Source: Burkholderiales bacterium
GTDB taxonomy: Bacteria; Pseudomonadota; Gammaproteobacteria; Burkholderiales; SG8-39
Assembly: GCA_038903735.1 (NCBI GenBank)
Contig: JBCKLP010000001.1
Span: forward strand, 1,767 to 65,766
Reading direction: 5' to 3'
DNA length: 64,000 nucleotides
Numbering within the stretch: position 1 is the stretch's first letter; each line of letters opens with the position of its first letter. The notes beneath the pieces were generated by a model. That model ran no database searches. It saw only the letters and a list, made by a program, of their open reading frames with translations, and was not told where the DNA came from. The translations under genes and the position numbers were made by a program. This document shows, piece by piece, positions 56,535 through 64,000 of the stretch.

Positions 56535-57242
56535 ATGCTGCGAATACTGCTTGCCGGTTCCATGTTTCTTGCTGCGCTGGCGCACGCTGACGAGGCCATC
56601 GTGCGGCAGTTGGTCGAGGCGCGCTTCTCCGCAAAAGTCGATGGCGTTCTCAAGACGGCCTATGGCGGGCTGTACGAGGTGCGGATGGGCGATACCCTGG
56701 TCTACACGGACGAGAAGGTTAGTTTTCTGCTGGTCGGCAATCTGATTGACGCAAAGACGCGCGCCAATATTACGGATGCCCGCAAGGAGAAGCTTTCGCA
56801 GGTTAAATTCGAGGATTTTCCGCTGGATGCGGCCATCAAGGTGGTGCGCGGCAATGGCAAAAATGTTTTCGCGGTTTTTGCCGATCCCAATTGTGGTTTT
56901 TGCAAGCGTTTCGAGCGCGATCTGGCCACGCTGCAGGATGTCACCGTTTATACCTTCCTTTATCCCATCCTGGACAACAGCAATGGCGGTGATTCCATGC
57001 GCAAGTCAAAGGCCATCTGGTGCGCCAAGGACCGCGGCAAGGCATGGATGGATCTGATGCTGAAAAACGTGTCGCCCATCATGGTGGGCAATTGCGATAC
57101 CTCGGCACTGCAACGCAATATGGAATTGGGTCAGAAACTCAATATCAGCGGCACCCCCACCAGTTTTGCTGCCAACGGCCAGCGCATTATCGGGGCCAGA
57201 TTTCCCGAATTGCGCAAAGCCATAGAGGGGGCAAAAAACTGA
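56535..57242 (+). CDS. dsbC: DsbC-family thiol:disulfide interchange protein
   Basis: Signal peptide, an N-terminal dimerisation-like domain, and a thioredoxin fold with CGFC. Confidence 0.75.
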   Translation: MLRILLAGSMFLAALAHADEAIVRQLVEARFSAKVDGVLKTAYGGLYEVRMGDTLVYTDEKVSFLLVGNLIDAKTRANITDARKEKLSQVKFEDFPLDAAIKVVRGNGKNVFAVFADPNCGFCKRFERDLATLQDVTVYTFLYPILDNSNGGDSMRKSKAIWCAKDRGKAWMDLMLKNVSPIMVGNCDTSALQRNMELGQKLNISGTPTSFAANGQRIIGARFPELRKAIEGAKN

Positions 57243-57248
57243 CGCCAC

Positions 57249-58484
57249 TCAAGGCTGTGGCGGCTGCGAATTTCGCGGCCAGAGAACCCACATCTGTCCC
57301 TGTTGGCGCATGCGTCCGGCCTGAGCGCCGGCAGCCGCGCCAAAACCCCAGAAATAGTCGGCGCGCACGGCACCGCGAATGGCTCCCCCGGTATCCTGCG
57401 CGAACACCAGGCGCTGCAATGGCGTGTTGGTTCCCGGGACACTGGTAGCCAGGAACACCGGCACACCCAGCGGAACGAAGCGGGGATCAACCGCGATAGA
57501 CCGCAGCGGCGTCAGGGGCGTGCCCATGGCGCCCGGCGGACCCAGCGCGGGATCGGCCGCGCCGCGAGGCAATTCCCTGAAAAACACATAGCTCGGATTC
57601 TGGCCCAGCAATTCGGCGAGGCGCGCCGGATTGGCGCGCGCCCAGGCCTGGATGCCCTGCATGGAGGCATCGCTTGCCTGCAGTTCACCGCGTTCAATCA
57701 GCGTGCGGCCAATCGATACATAAGGATGGCCGTTCTGATCCGCGTAACCCAGCCGCAGTGTTTCCCCGTTCTCGAACTGGATCCGGCCCGATCCCTGGAT
57801 CTGCAGAAAGAACGCCTCGATGACATCGTCCACCCAGACCAGTTCCTTGCCCGCCAGCGGCGCGGCGCCCCGCTCGATATCGGCGCGTGAAAAATAAGGA
57901 ACCACGCGGCGCCCGTCGATGCGCCCGCGCAGGCGCAGGTTGCGCAATTCCGGGTTGATGGACGATAGTTCAATCACCAGCAGATCATCCGGCGGCGCAT
58001 AGAGAGGCACCTGGAAGCGTCCCTGCCGGGTGCGGCTGCCACGCAACAGGGGTTCGTAATAACCAGTGACCAGACCGGAGGTGTTGCCATCGGCGGCGGC
58101 AATCCGCCACGGCACAAAATGCTCTTCGAAGAACCTGCGCAGCAGCACCGCGCCTACATTCGCACCGGGCATCGCAGCGCAGGCTTCACGCCAGGCGCTC
58201 TGGCTGCGCAGGCGCTCGCAGGAAATGCGCAACGCGCCCCATGCGCCGGCAAGATCGTCTTCGCGCCAGCCCGGCAGGCGGGCAAAATCGACGGGTTCGA
58301 AGAGGTTGGCGCGGGGCAATTCCGCTGCCGGCTTTAGCGGCTCGGGAATGGCCGGACAGACAGGGCACACCGGGCACGGCGCCTGCGCCGGGCAGGCGGC
58401 AATTTCCGCAGGCCCCGGTGTGGCACAGCCGGCGAGCAGCATGGCAAGCAAAACAGCCCCGGCAAGCCCATAGGACCGTCTCAT
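57249..58484 (-). CDS. mltA: membrane-bound lytic murein transglycosylase A
   Basis: Start MRRSYGLAGAVLLAMLLAGC (lipobox). MltA-like domains, including the C-terminal 3D-type AQDTGGAIRG. Confidence 0.8.
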   Translation of the reverse strand: MRRSYGLAGAVLLAMLLAGCATPGPAEIAACPAQAPCPVCPVCPAIPEPLKPAAELPRANLFEPVDFARLPGWREDDLAGAWGALRISCERLRSQSAWREACAAMPGANVGAVLLRRFFEEHFVPWRIAAADGNTSGLVTGYYEPLLRGSRTRQGRFQVPLYAPPDDLLVIELSSINPELRNLRLRGRIDGRRVVPYFSRADIERGAAPLAGKELVWVDDVIEAFFLQIQGSGRIQFENGETLRLGYADQNGHPYVSIGRTLIERGELQASDASMQGIQAWARANPARLAELLGQNPSYVFFRELPRGAADPALGPPGAMGTPLTPLRSIAVDPRFVPLGVPVFLATSVPGTNTPLQRLVFAQDTGGAIRGAVRADYFWGFGAAAGAQAGRMRQQGQMWVLWPRNSQPPQP

Positions 58485-58737
58485 CCAGTGAAATGGGCCC
58501 GGGTGATGCTGCCGCGAGGGCGCGCTGTTTTTAAAGTAATGGAAAGCAACTGATTTCATCCTGAAAACCGCAGTTACCATAGGAGGATATCGTGGAAAGC
58601 CGCGTCAGTGCTGGCTCTTCGGCCAATTGACTCATATGCGGAGCAGTTCCTTTTAGGTGATGCCGATATCATGAAAAGGTCATTCCACATCAGGCAATTC
58701 GCAAGTTCTGGTCCGTTCAACTGCGTTTTTTAGGTTC

Positions 58738-58854
58738 ATGGGTTCCGGATTCTGGATTTTCATTCTTGAGGGCGCGCTGGCGCTGGCGCTGCTGGTATTC
58801 ATAGTCTGGTGGACGCTGCCCAAGCGGCCCAAGCGGCCCAAGGATAGGCAATAG
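58738..58854 (+). CDS. possible 38-aa single-pass membrane peptide
   Basis: MGSGFWIFILEGALALALLVFIVWWTLPKRPKRPKDRQ has one hydrophobic helix and a basic tail. It is below the ORF-track cutoff, and no strong SD was seen. Confidence 0.3.
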   Translation: MGSGFWIFILEGALALALLVFIVWWTLPKRPKRPKDRQ

Positions 58855-58883
58855 CATTCGCAAATTCAGGTCGCCGGGCAGGA

Positions 58884-59465
58884 TCATTGTTTTCTCAGGC
58901 GTATCAGCCGGAACCAGCCGCCAAACGCGGCGGCCTGATCGCTTTCCAGGCGCAAGCGCGGCGCCTGCGGTAACAAGGCCTCGAACACCACATCCAGCCG
59001 GGTGGCGAGCCTTGAAACCACAATGTTGGCGATCCGGCGCAAGGGCGCGGCTTTGCCAGGGCGCAGAAATTTGTCGAATACCAGCAGCGTGCCGCCGGGT
59101 TTGAGCACCCGCGCCGCTTCGCGCAAGGCGCGCTCCGGCGCGGGCACCACGGCGAGAATCAGGTGCATGAGCACGTGATCAAAACTTTCATCGGCAAAGG
59201 GCAGGCACATCGCATCGGCCTGCGCCAGCATGAGGTCATGTTCTCCCCGGGGAATCCGCGCAAGCATCGCCTGCGTGAGATCGCAGCCGACGTACTCACG
59301 ATCCCTGGGCAACAGGGGCAGATCAAGGCCGGTGCCGATGCCGGGCAGCAAAACGCGCCTGCCCGGTTCCAGCGAGGCGATGCTGCGTTGCCTGGCTGCT
59401 GCGGTGGCACGCGCAATTGCCAAATCGTACAGCGGCGCAATCAGGGTATAGCTTTGCCGCAGCAA
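58884..59465 (-). CDS. class I SAM-dependent methyltransferase
   Basis: Motif I VLLPGIGTGLD, with LKPGGTLLVFD later. A TTG start at 59465 just after the apaG stop is assumed. The upstream part of the track ORF overlaps apaG. Confidence 0.6.
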   Translation of the reverse strand: MLRQSYTLIAPLYDLAIARATAAARQRSIASLEPGRRVLLPGIGTGLDLPLLPRDREYVGCDLTQAMLARIPRGEHDLMLAQADAMCLPFADESFDHVLMHLILAVVPAPERALREAARVLKPGGTLLVFDKFLRPGKAAPLRRIANIVVSRLATRLDVVFEALLPQAPRLRLESDQAAAFGGWFRLIRLRKQ

Positions 59466-59469
59466 GGTG

Positions 59470-59865
59470 TCAGTGCAGCACGCGGGGTACGGACAACGTG
59501 AATTCCGGTATGGGCGCCTCGAATACGCTGCCGTCGTCGTCGACCATTTCATAGCTGCCGCGCATGGTGCCCACCGGGGTCGCAATGATGGTGCCGCTGG
59601 TGTACTCGAAACTTTCACCCGGTTTCAAAACCGGCTGCTCGCCCACCACGCCCATGCCGCGCACTTCCTGGACCCTGTTGCCGCTGTCGGTGATGATCCA
59701 GTGGCGCCCGATCAGTTGCGAGGTGACGCCGCCGGTATTGCGGATGGTGATGGTATAGGTAAAGACATAGCGTCCGGCCGCTTCATCGGATTGATCCGCC
59801 ACGTAGCGCGTATTGGACGAGACCGTGATCTCGCGTGTTTTTTCTGAGGGTGTTTTATGGGTCAT
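59470..59865 (-). CDS. apaG: ApaG (DUF525) protein
   Basis: 131 aa with GRYVFTYTITIRNTG and GEQPVLKPGESFEYTSG. Confidence 0.9.
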   Translation of the reverse strand: MTHKTPSEKTREITVSSNTRYVADQSDEAAGRYVFTYTITIRNTGGVTSQLIGRHWIITDSGNRVQEVRGMGVVGEQPVLKPGESFEYTSGTIIATPVGTMRGSYEMVDDDGSVFEAPIPEFTLSVPRVLH

Positions 59866-60052
59866 GGCTGGCATTGCACACGAAATCATCGCTCGTGGCA
59901 AGCCGCGTAAGCAGTTGCACAAGCAGCCGCGCAAGCAGCCGCACGCGTAGTTGAGGCAGCTTTGCGTGTCGGTGCGGTCCCCGTTCGGGAGTAATATCCG
60001 CGCATTCGATGAATTTCTCCCGGGGGTCTGCGTCGCAGGCAGCTCGGGACCT

Positions 60053-60742
60053 ATGCCCATGCCTCAATACCGCATTGCGCCCAGCATACTGTCCGCCAAC
60101 TTTGCCCGCCTTGGGGAGGAAGTGAGCGCGGTGCTTGCCGCGGGGGCGGACATGATCCACTTCGACGTTATGGACAACCATTACGTTCCCAATCTCACCA
60201 TCGGGCCGCTGGTGTGCGAAGCCCTGCGGCCGGTGACCAGTGCCGTGATCGATGTGCACCTGATGGTCGAACCGGTGGACCGCATCATTCCGGATTTCGC
60301 CAAAGCCGGCGCCAACATCATCAGCTTTCATCCCGAGGCCAGCCGCCATGTTGATCGCACCATCGGGCTGATCCATGAGCAGGGTTGCAAGGCCGGGCTG
60401 GTATTGAATCCGGCCACGCCGCTGGATTGCCTGGACCACGTGCTCTCGCGCCTGGACCTGGTGCTGATCATGTCGGTCAATCCGGGCTTTGGCGGACAGA
60501 AATTCATCGACCATGCACTGGTGAAACTGGCTGAGGTGCGCAGGCGCATCGATATTGAAACCCGCAACAGCGGGCGCCAAATCCTGCTGGAGATTGACGG
60601 TGGCGTGAAGACCGACAATATCGCTGCCATTGCCCGCGCCGGTGCCGACACCTTTGTGGCCGGTTCGGCGATATTTGGCTCAGCAGACTACAAGGCGACC
60701 ATCGCCGCGATGCGTGCGGCGCTGGCCGGCCTCACCCCGTGA
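60053..60742 (+). CDS. rpe: ribulose-phosphate 3-epimerase
   Basis: [30 protein letters not shown] and [12 protein letters not shown] motifs. The start is 60053 or 60059. Confidence 0.93.
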   Translation: MPMPQYRIAPSILSANFARLGEEVSAVLAAGADMIHFDVMDNHYVPNLTIGPLVCEALRPVTSAVIDVHLMVEPVDRIIPDFAKAGANIISFHPEASRHVDRTIGLIHEQGCKAGLVLNPATPLDCLDHVLSRLDLVLIMSVNPGFGGQKFIDHALVKLAEVRRRIDIETRNSGRQILLEIDGGVKTDNIAAIARAGADTFVAGSAIFGSADYKATIAAMRAALAGLTP

Positions 60743-61473
60743 GCGGCGCGGCGCAGGGCGCACCGGTTCGCGCGGTGCTGTTCGATCTTGACGGTACTTT
60801 GCTCGATACCGCAGGTGATCTGGCCTGCGCGGCAAATCGCATGCTCGCTGCCATGGGGCTGGCGCCGCGCAGCGAGTCGGAAATACGCGACTTTGTCGGC
60901 AAGGGCACGGCGAAATTGGTGGAACGCTGCCTTGCAGGCTCGAAGGTCGCGTTCGCGGATGCCATGGCCTTGTTTGATGCCGCCTATCGTGAGGAATCCG
61001 GTCGCAGCGCGCGGGTCTATCCCGGCGTTCGTGAAGGCATCGCCATGCTGGCCGAGGATGGCCTGCCCTTGGGTTGCGTCACCAACAAACCTGCGGCATT
61101 CACCCTGCCGCTGCTGCGCGACGCGGGGCTGGCCGCCCACTTTGCCGTGGTGGTCTCTGGTGACACTGTGGCGCGGCGCAAACCCGATCCCATGCCTTAT
61201 ACCCATGCCTGTGAACAATTAGCTGTTCCCTGTGCCCAGGTGCTGGTGGTCGGGGATTCCGCGAATGATGTCGAGGCAGCGCGGGCAGCGGGTTGCCGCG
61301 TGCTGTGCGTGCCCTACGGCTATCGCGAGGGCCAGTCGCTGGAGTCGCTGGCCTGTGACGCGGTGGTGGCCGATGTTCGCGCCGCTGCGCAATATGTGCG
61401 GGAGTTGAATCTGTCCGGGTTCAATTCCCCGCCCCTTGGGGCGGGGAAATTTATTGCGGAGCTTGCAGGATGA
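60739..61473 (+). CDS. gph: phosphoglycolate phosphatase (with a 19-codon repeat-derived insertion near the C-terminus)
   Basis: HAD motifs [17 protein letters not shown] and [11 protein letters not shown]. It follows rpe, as is common. The C-terminus reads through the Family-2 element. Confidence 0.88.
   Translation: MSGAAQGAPVRAVLFDLDGTLLDTAGDLACAANRMLAAMGLAPRSESEIRDFVGKGTAKLVERCLAGSKVAFADAMALFDAAYREESGRSARVYPGVREGIAMLAEDGLPLGCVTNKPAAFTLPLLRDAGLAAHFAVVVSGDTVARRKPDPMPYTHACEQLAVPCAQVLVVGDSANDVEAARAAGCRVLCVPYGYREGQSLESLACDAVVADVRAAAQYVRELNLSGFNSPPLGAGKFIAELAG
61405..61455. repeat. Family-2 palindromic element, copy 2 (51 nt), intragenic
   Basis: TTGAATCTGTCCGGGTTCAATTCCCCGCCCCTTGGGGCGGGGAAATTTATT is the same length as 4074-4124 with three substitutions. 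Confidence 0.85.
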
Positions 61474-62873
61474 CTCGTTTGCTGGAACAGATAGGCGCCG
61501 CAGTGGGGACTGCCGGTTTGTTGCAGGGCGCTGATGCGGTGGCAAGCGCCACCGACTGGCGCAAACGCTATTTCGGCAAGGCGCTGGCGGTGGTGCGACC
61601 TGAGAACACCGCTGAGGTTGCGCAAGTGGTGCGTCTGTGTGCCGAGTCAGGCACGGCAATCGTGCCACAAGGCGGAAACACGGGGCTGTGCGGTGGCGCC
61701 ACCCCGGATGCGAGTGGCGCCCAGATTGTGCTCAGCCTGTCACGCATGAACCGTGTGCGCGCCATCGACACCCTGAACAACACCCTCACCGTGGAAGCCG
61801 GTTGCGTGCTCAGCGCCGTGCAGCAAGCCGCCGAAGCCGCGGGCCGGCTGTTTCCGCTCAGCCTGGCGGCAGAAGGCACGGCGCAGATTGGCGGCAATCT
61901 CTCCACCAATGCCGGCGGTACCGCCGTGCTGAGATATGGCAATACGCGTGAACTCACGCTGGGTCTGGAGGCAGTGCTGCCCAATGGTGATATCTGGGAC
62001 GGCTTGCGGGGCTTGCGCAAGGACAATACCGGTTACGATTTAAAGCATCTGTTTATCGGCGCTGAAGGCACCTTGGGTGTCATTACCGCGGCAGTGCTCA
62101 AACTGTTTCCGCTGCCCCGCGCCCGTATCACCGCGGTTGCGGCGTTGCAGGACGCGCAGACCGCGCTCTGCCTGCTTGGCTATGCGCAGGAGCGCCTGGG
62201 CAGCCGGCTCACCGGATTCGAACTGTTCTCCGATCTGTGCCTGGGACTGGTGTTGAAGCACTATCCGGCGAGCGTCGCGCCCTTCGCCGCGCGCTATCCG
62301 CAGTATGTGCTGATCGAATTGTCGGATCTGGAATCCGAGGCTGCGGCGCGCCAGTCACTGGAGGATGTTCTGGGTGGTGCGCTGGAGGCAGGGCTCATCA
62401 TTGACGCGGCGGTGTCGCAGAGCCTGGCGCAGTTCAAGGCCATGTGGTCGCTGCGCGACAATGTCTCCGAGGCGCAGGCCCATGAAGGACCGAACATAAA
62501 GCACGACGTCAGCGTGCCGATTTCGCGCATGGCCGAATTCATCACGGTGACCGATGCCGAGTTGGCAAGGGCGTTCCCGGGAATGCGCAATGTCACCTTC
62601 GGCCACCTGGGAGACGGCAACCTGCATTACAACATCTCGCCGCCCGAGGGCGTTCCCCATGCCGATTTCGTGCGCCGTACCGAAGAGGTCAATCGCGTGG
62701 TGCACGACAGCGTGGCGCGCTTCAATGGCTCGATTTCGGCCGAGCACGGCCTTGGCCAGTACAAGCGCGAGGAGATCACCCGCTACAAGTCTCCTGTGGA
62801 GATGGAGATGATGCGCAGCATCAAGCGGGCGCTGGACCCGCAGGGAATCATGAATCCGGGCAAGGTGCTCTAG
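61470..62873 (+). CDS. FAD-linked oxidase (GlcD / D-2-hydroxyacid dehydrogenase family)
   Basis: 467 aa with the FAD-binding PCMH motif IVPQGGNTGLCGG and a C-terminal EHGLG. The ATG overlaps the gph stop. Confidence 0.85.
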   Translation: MTRLLEQIGAAVGTAGLLQGADAVASATDWRKRYFGKALAVVRPENTAEVAQVVRLCAESGTAIVPQGGNTGLCGGATPDASGAQIVLSLSRMNRVRAIDTLNNTLTVEAGCVLSAVQQAAEAAGRLFPLSLAAEGTAQIGGNLSTNAGGTAVLRYGNTRELTLGLEAVLPNGDIWDGLRGLRKDNTGYDLKHLFIGAEGTLGVITAAVLKLFPLPRARITAVAALQDAQTALCLLGYAQERLGSRLTGFELFSDLCLGLVLKHYPASVAPFAARYPQYVLIELSDLESEAAARQSLEDVLGGALEAGLIIDAAVSQSLAQFKAMWSLRDNVSEAQAHEGPNIKHDVSVPISRMAEFITVTDAELARAFPGMRNVTFGHLGDGNLHYNISPPEGVPHADFVRRTEEVNRVVHDSVARFNGSISAEHGLGQYKREEITRYKSPVEMEMMRSIKRALDPQGIMNPGKVL

Positions 62874-62991
62874 TGTCAGCCATGGCGGGCCATGCGGGTG
62901 TTTGCATGATGCGGCCGGGGGCGGGAACGCTGTTTCCACCCGGCGCGGGCCGATGCCTTAGCGGAATTGCCGATTTTGGAGGGATGCAGCG

Positions 62992-63531
62992 ATGAAGCCT
63001 CGAGCGGAGGTAATTTCCGACGCTTATCTGGGCGAGCAGAAAAAATTGCACCTGAACCCGGATTACGGAATAGCGTCCATTTTTTTTGCACCGATGGTCA
63101 AGCAGTTGATGGATCAGGCACAGCCAACGTCGCTTTCCGACTATGGTGCCGGCAAGCAGAATCTGATCAAGGCACTCAAAGAAAAGTTTGGCGTCAGCAT
63201 CGACTACCGGCCCTACGATCCGGCGTTCCCCGAATATGGCGAGCCCAGACCGGCGGACCTTGTCTGTTGCATAGACGTGCTTGAGCACATAGAACCGCAT
63301 CTCTTGGACAATGTTCTGGACGAGTTGCAATCGATCACGCCCAAACTGGGTTTTTTCAGCATTCACACCGGGCCGGCGGTAAAAGTGCTGTCGGATGGCC
63401 GCAATGCGCACCTGATTCAGGAGCCCTCGTCCTGGTGGTTACCCCGCTTGTGCCAACGCTTTGAAATCGAGGCGCTCAACGGCACAGCCGGCGGGTTCTT
63501 TGTTCTCGTGTCGCCGAGACGGGGTGGCTGA
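62992..63531 (+). CDS. small class I methyltransferase-like protein
   Basis: 179 aa with GGAGGG SD, DYGAGKQ (motif I-like) and CIDVLEHIEP. Confidence 0.5.
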   Translation: MKPRAEVISDAYLGEQKKLHLNPDYGIASIFFAPMVKQLMDQAQPTSLSDYGAGKQNLIKALKEKFGVSIDYRPYDPAFPEYGEPRPADLVCCIDVLEHIEPHLLDNVLDELQSITPKLGFFSIHTGPAVKVLSDGRNAHLIQEPSSWWLPRLCQRFEIEALNGTAGGFFVLVSPRRGG

Positions 63532-63573
63532 GGATATACTCAGCACCTGTTCCCTGAACTGCGTTTCCCCGAA

Positions 63574-63677
63574 ATGAACTGCTTGTGTATTGAAAACCGC
63601 ACTGAAATCCGCAAAGGCTGGCGCTGCTGGCGTTGCTGATTTCGCGCCCGTATGCGGGCGCACGCCGAGCGGGTTTT
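63574..63677 (+). promoter_or_regulatory. candidate trp leader (21-codon peptide with 2 Trp codons plus hairpin)
   Basis: ATG at 63574 opens MNCLCIENRTEIRKGWRCWRC-stop (63637-63639). GCGCCCG-TATG-CGGGCGC follows at 63644-63661, with a TTTT run at 63674-63677. No clear SD and no textbook terminator. Confidence 0.3.
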
Positions 63678-63705
63678 CAAGCAGCACAATGTTCAGGAGC
63701 AGTTC

Positions 63706-64000
63706 ATGAATCAAGCAGATTTCGACCGGTTCGCCGCAGCCGGGCATAACCGGATACCCCTTGTCCTTGAAACCTTTGCGGATCTGGACACCCCGCTCTC
63801 GCTGTACCTCAAACTCGCCGACGCGCCCAACACCTATTTGCTCGAGTCAGTGGTGGGCGGCGAGCGCTTCGGGCGCTATTCCTTTATCGGTCTGCCGGCG
63901 AGAACCCTGCTGCGCGCCCATGAGCGGCGGCTTGAGGTGCTGCGCGATGGCGCCGTCACTGAGACCTTTGAAGGCAATCCGCTGGATTTCATCGCGGAAT
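63706..64000 (+). CDS. trpE: anthranilate synthase component I (5' part, runs off the window)
   Basis: N-terminus [22 protein letters not shown]...[20 protein letters not shown] is typical of TrpE. CAGGAG SD present. Confidence 0.88.
   Translation, partial: MNQADFDRFAAAGHNRIPLVLETFADLDTPLSLYLKLADAPNTYLLESVVGGERFGRYSFIGLPARTLLRAHERRLEVLRDGAVTETFEGNPLDFIAE

Noticed and set aside
1-64000. Defence systems, toxin-antitoxin pairs, secretion systems, prophage or biosynthetic clusters
   Set aside because: I looked for characteristic motifs and gene pairs on both strands and found none. Apart from the repeat elements and the tRNA-flanked islet, the window is ordinary housekeeping DNA.

Overview
This is a GC-rich, gene-dense chromosomal segment of 64 kb. 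Its gene content and order fit a betaproteobacterium, but I cannot assign a taxon from sequence alone. Supporting features: three orphan Bug/TctC-type binding proteins; hemA-prfA-prmC-grxD; argH next to algZ/algR-like genes and hemC-hemD-hemX-hemY; hemF-purD-purH-fis-dusB; ubiH-pepP; murU-amgK divergent from lptD-surA-pdxA-rsmA; gloA, plsC-gmhB-glyS-glyQ; lnt-corC-ybeY-ybeZ-miaB; mltA, apaG, rpe-gph and the start of trpE. I call about 70 CDS, one tRNA (anticodon CAT) and one 47-nt tRNA 3'-half fragment. I recognised no rRNA, CRISPR, transposase, integrase, toxin-antitoxin or phage-defence genes. The first ~12 kb looks like a decaying accessory catabolic patch. It holds VOC, FAH, alpha/beta hydrolases, an Ldh2-family protein, a maleylacetate-reductase-like protein, an SDR and Bug proteins, plus two pseudogenes and several repeat families. 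The rest is core housekeeping. I did not find a clear novel multi-gene system. The most unusual signals are small and mostly non-coding. (1) A highly structured ~165-bp MITE/REP-like element occurs in 3 copies, always directly upstream of a minus-strand gene. It ends in GGAG-N10-ATGAA, so the element itself appears to provide the ribosome-binding site and start codon of purH and pepP. (2) A related 51-nt palindromic element sits in-frame inside the 3' end of gph and supplies the stop codon of a lipoprotein gene. (3) A Bug gene is bracketed by tRNA(CAT) and a diverged copy of that tRNA's 3' half, with helically phased short repeats, which looks like a decayed integrated element. (4) A perfect-period 103-bp x3 tandem repeat lies in a divergent promoter region. 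(5) pdxA is broken at an 11-G homopolymer, and an alpha/beta hydrolase is broken by a single in-frame TAG. (6) A Ser/Thr kinase fused to a cNMP-binding domain is tightly coupled behind argH. All functional calls rest on by-eye motif recognition and synteny; no searches were run.
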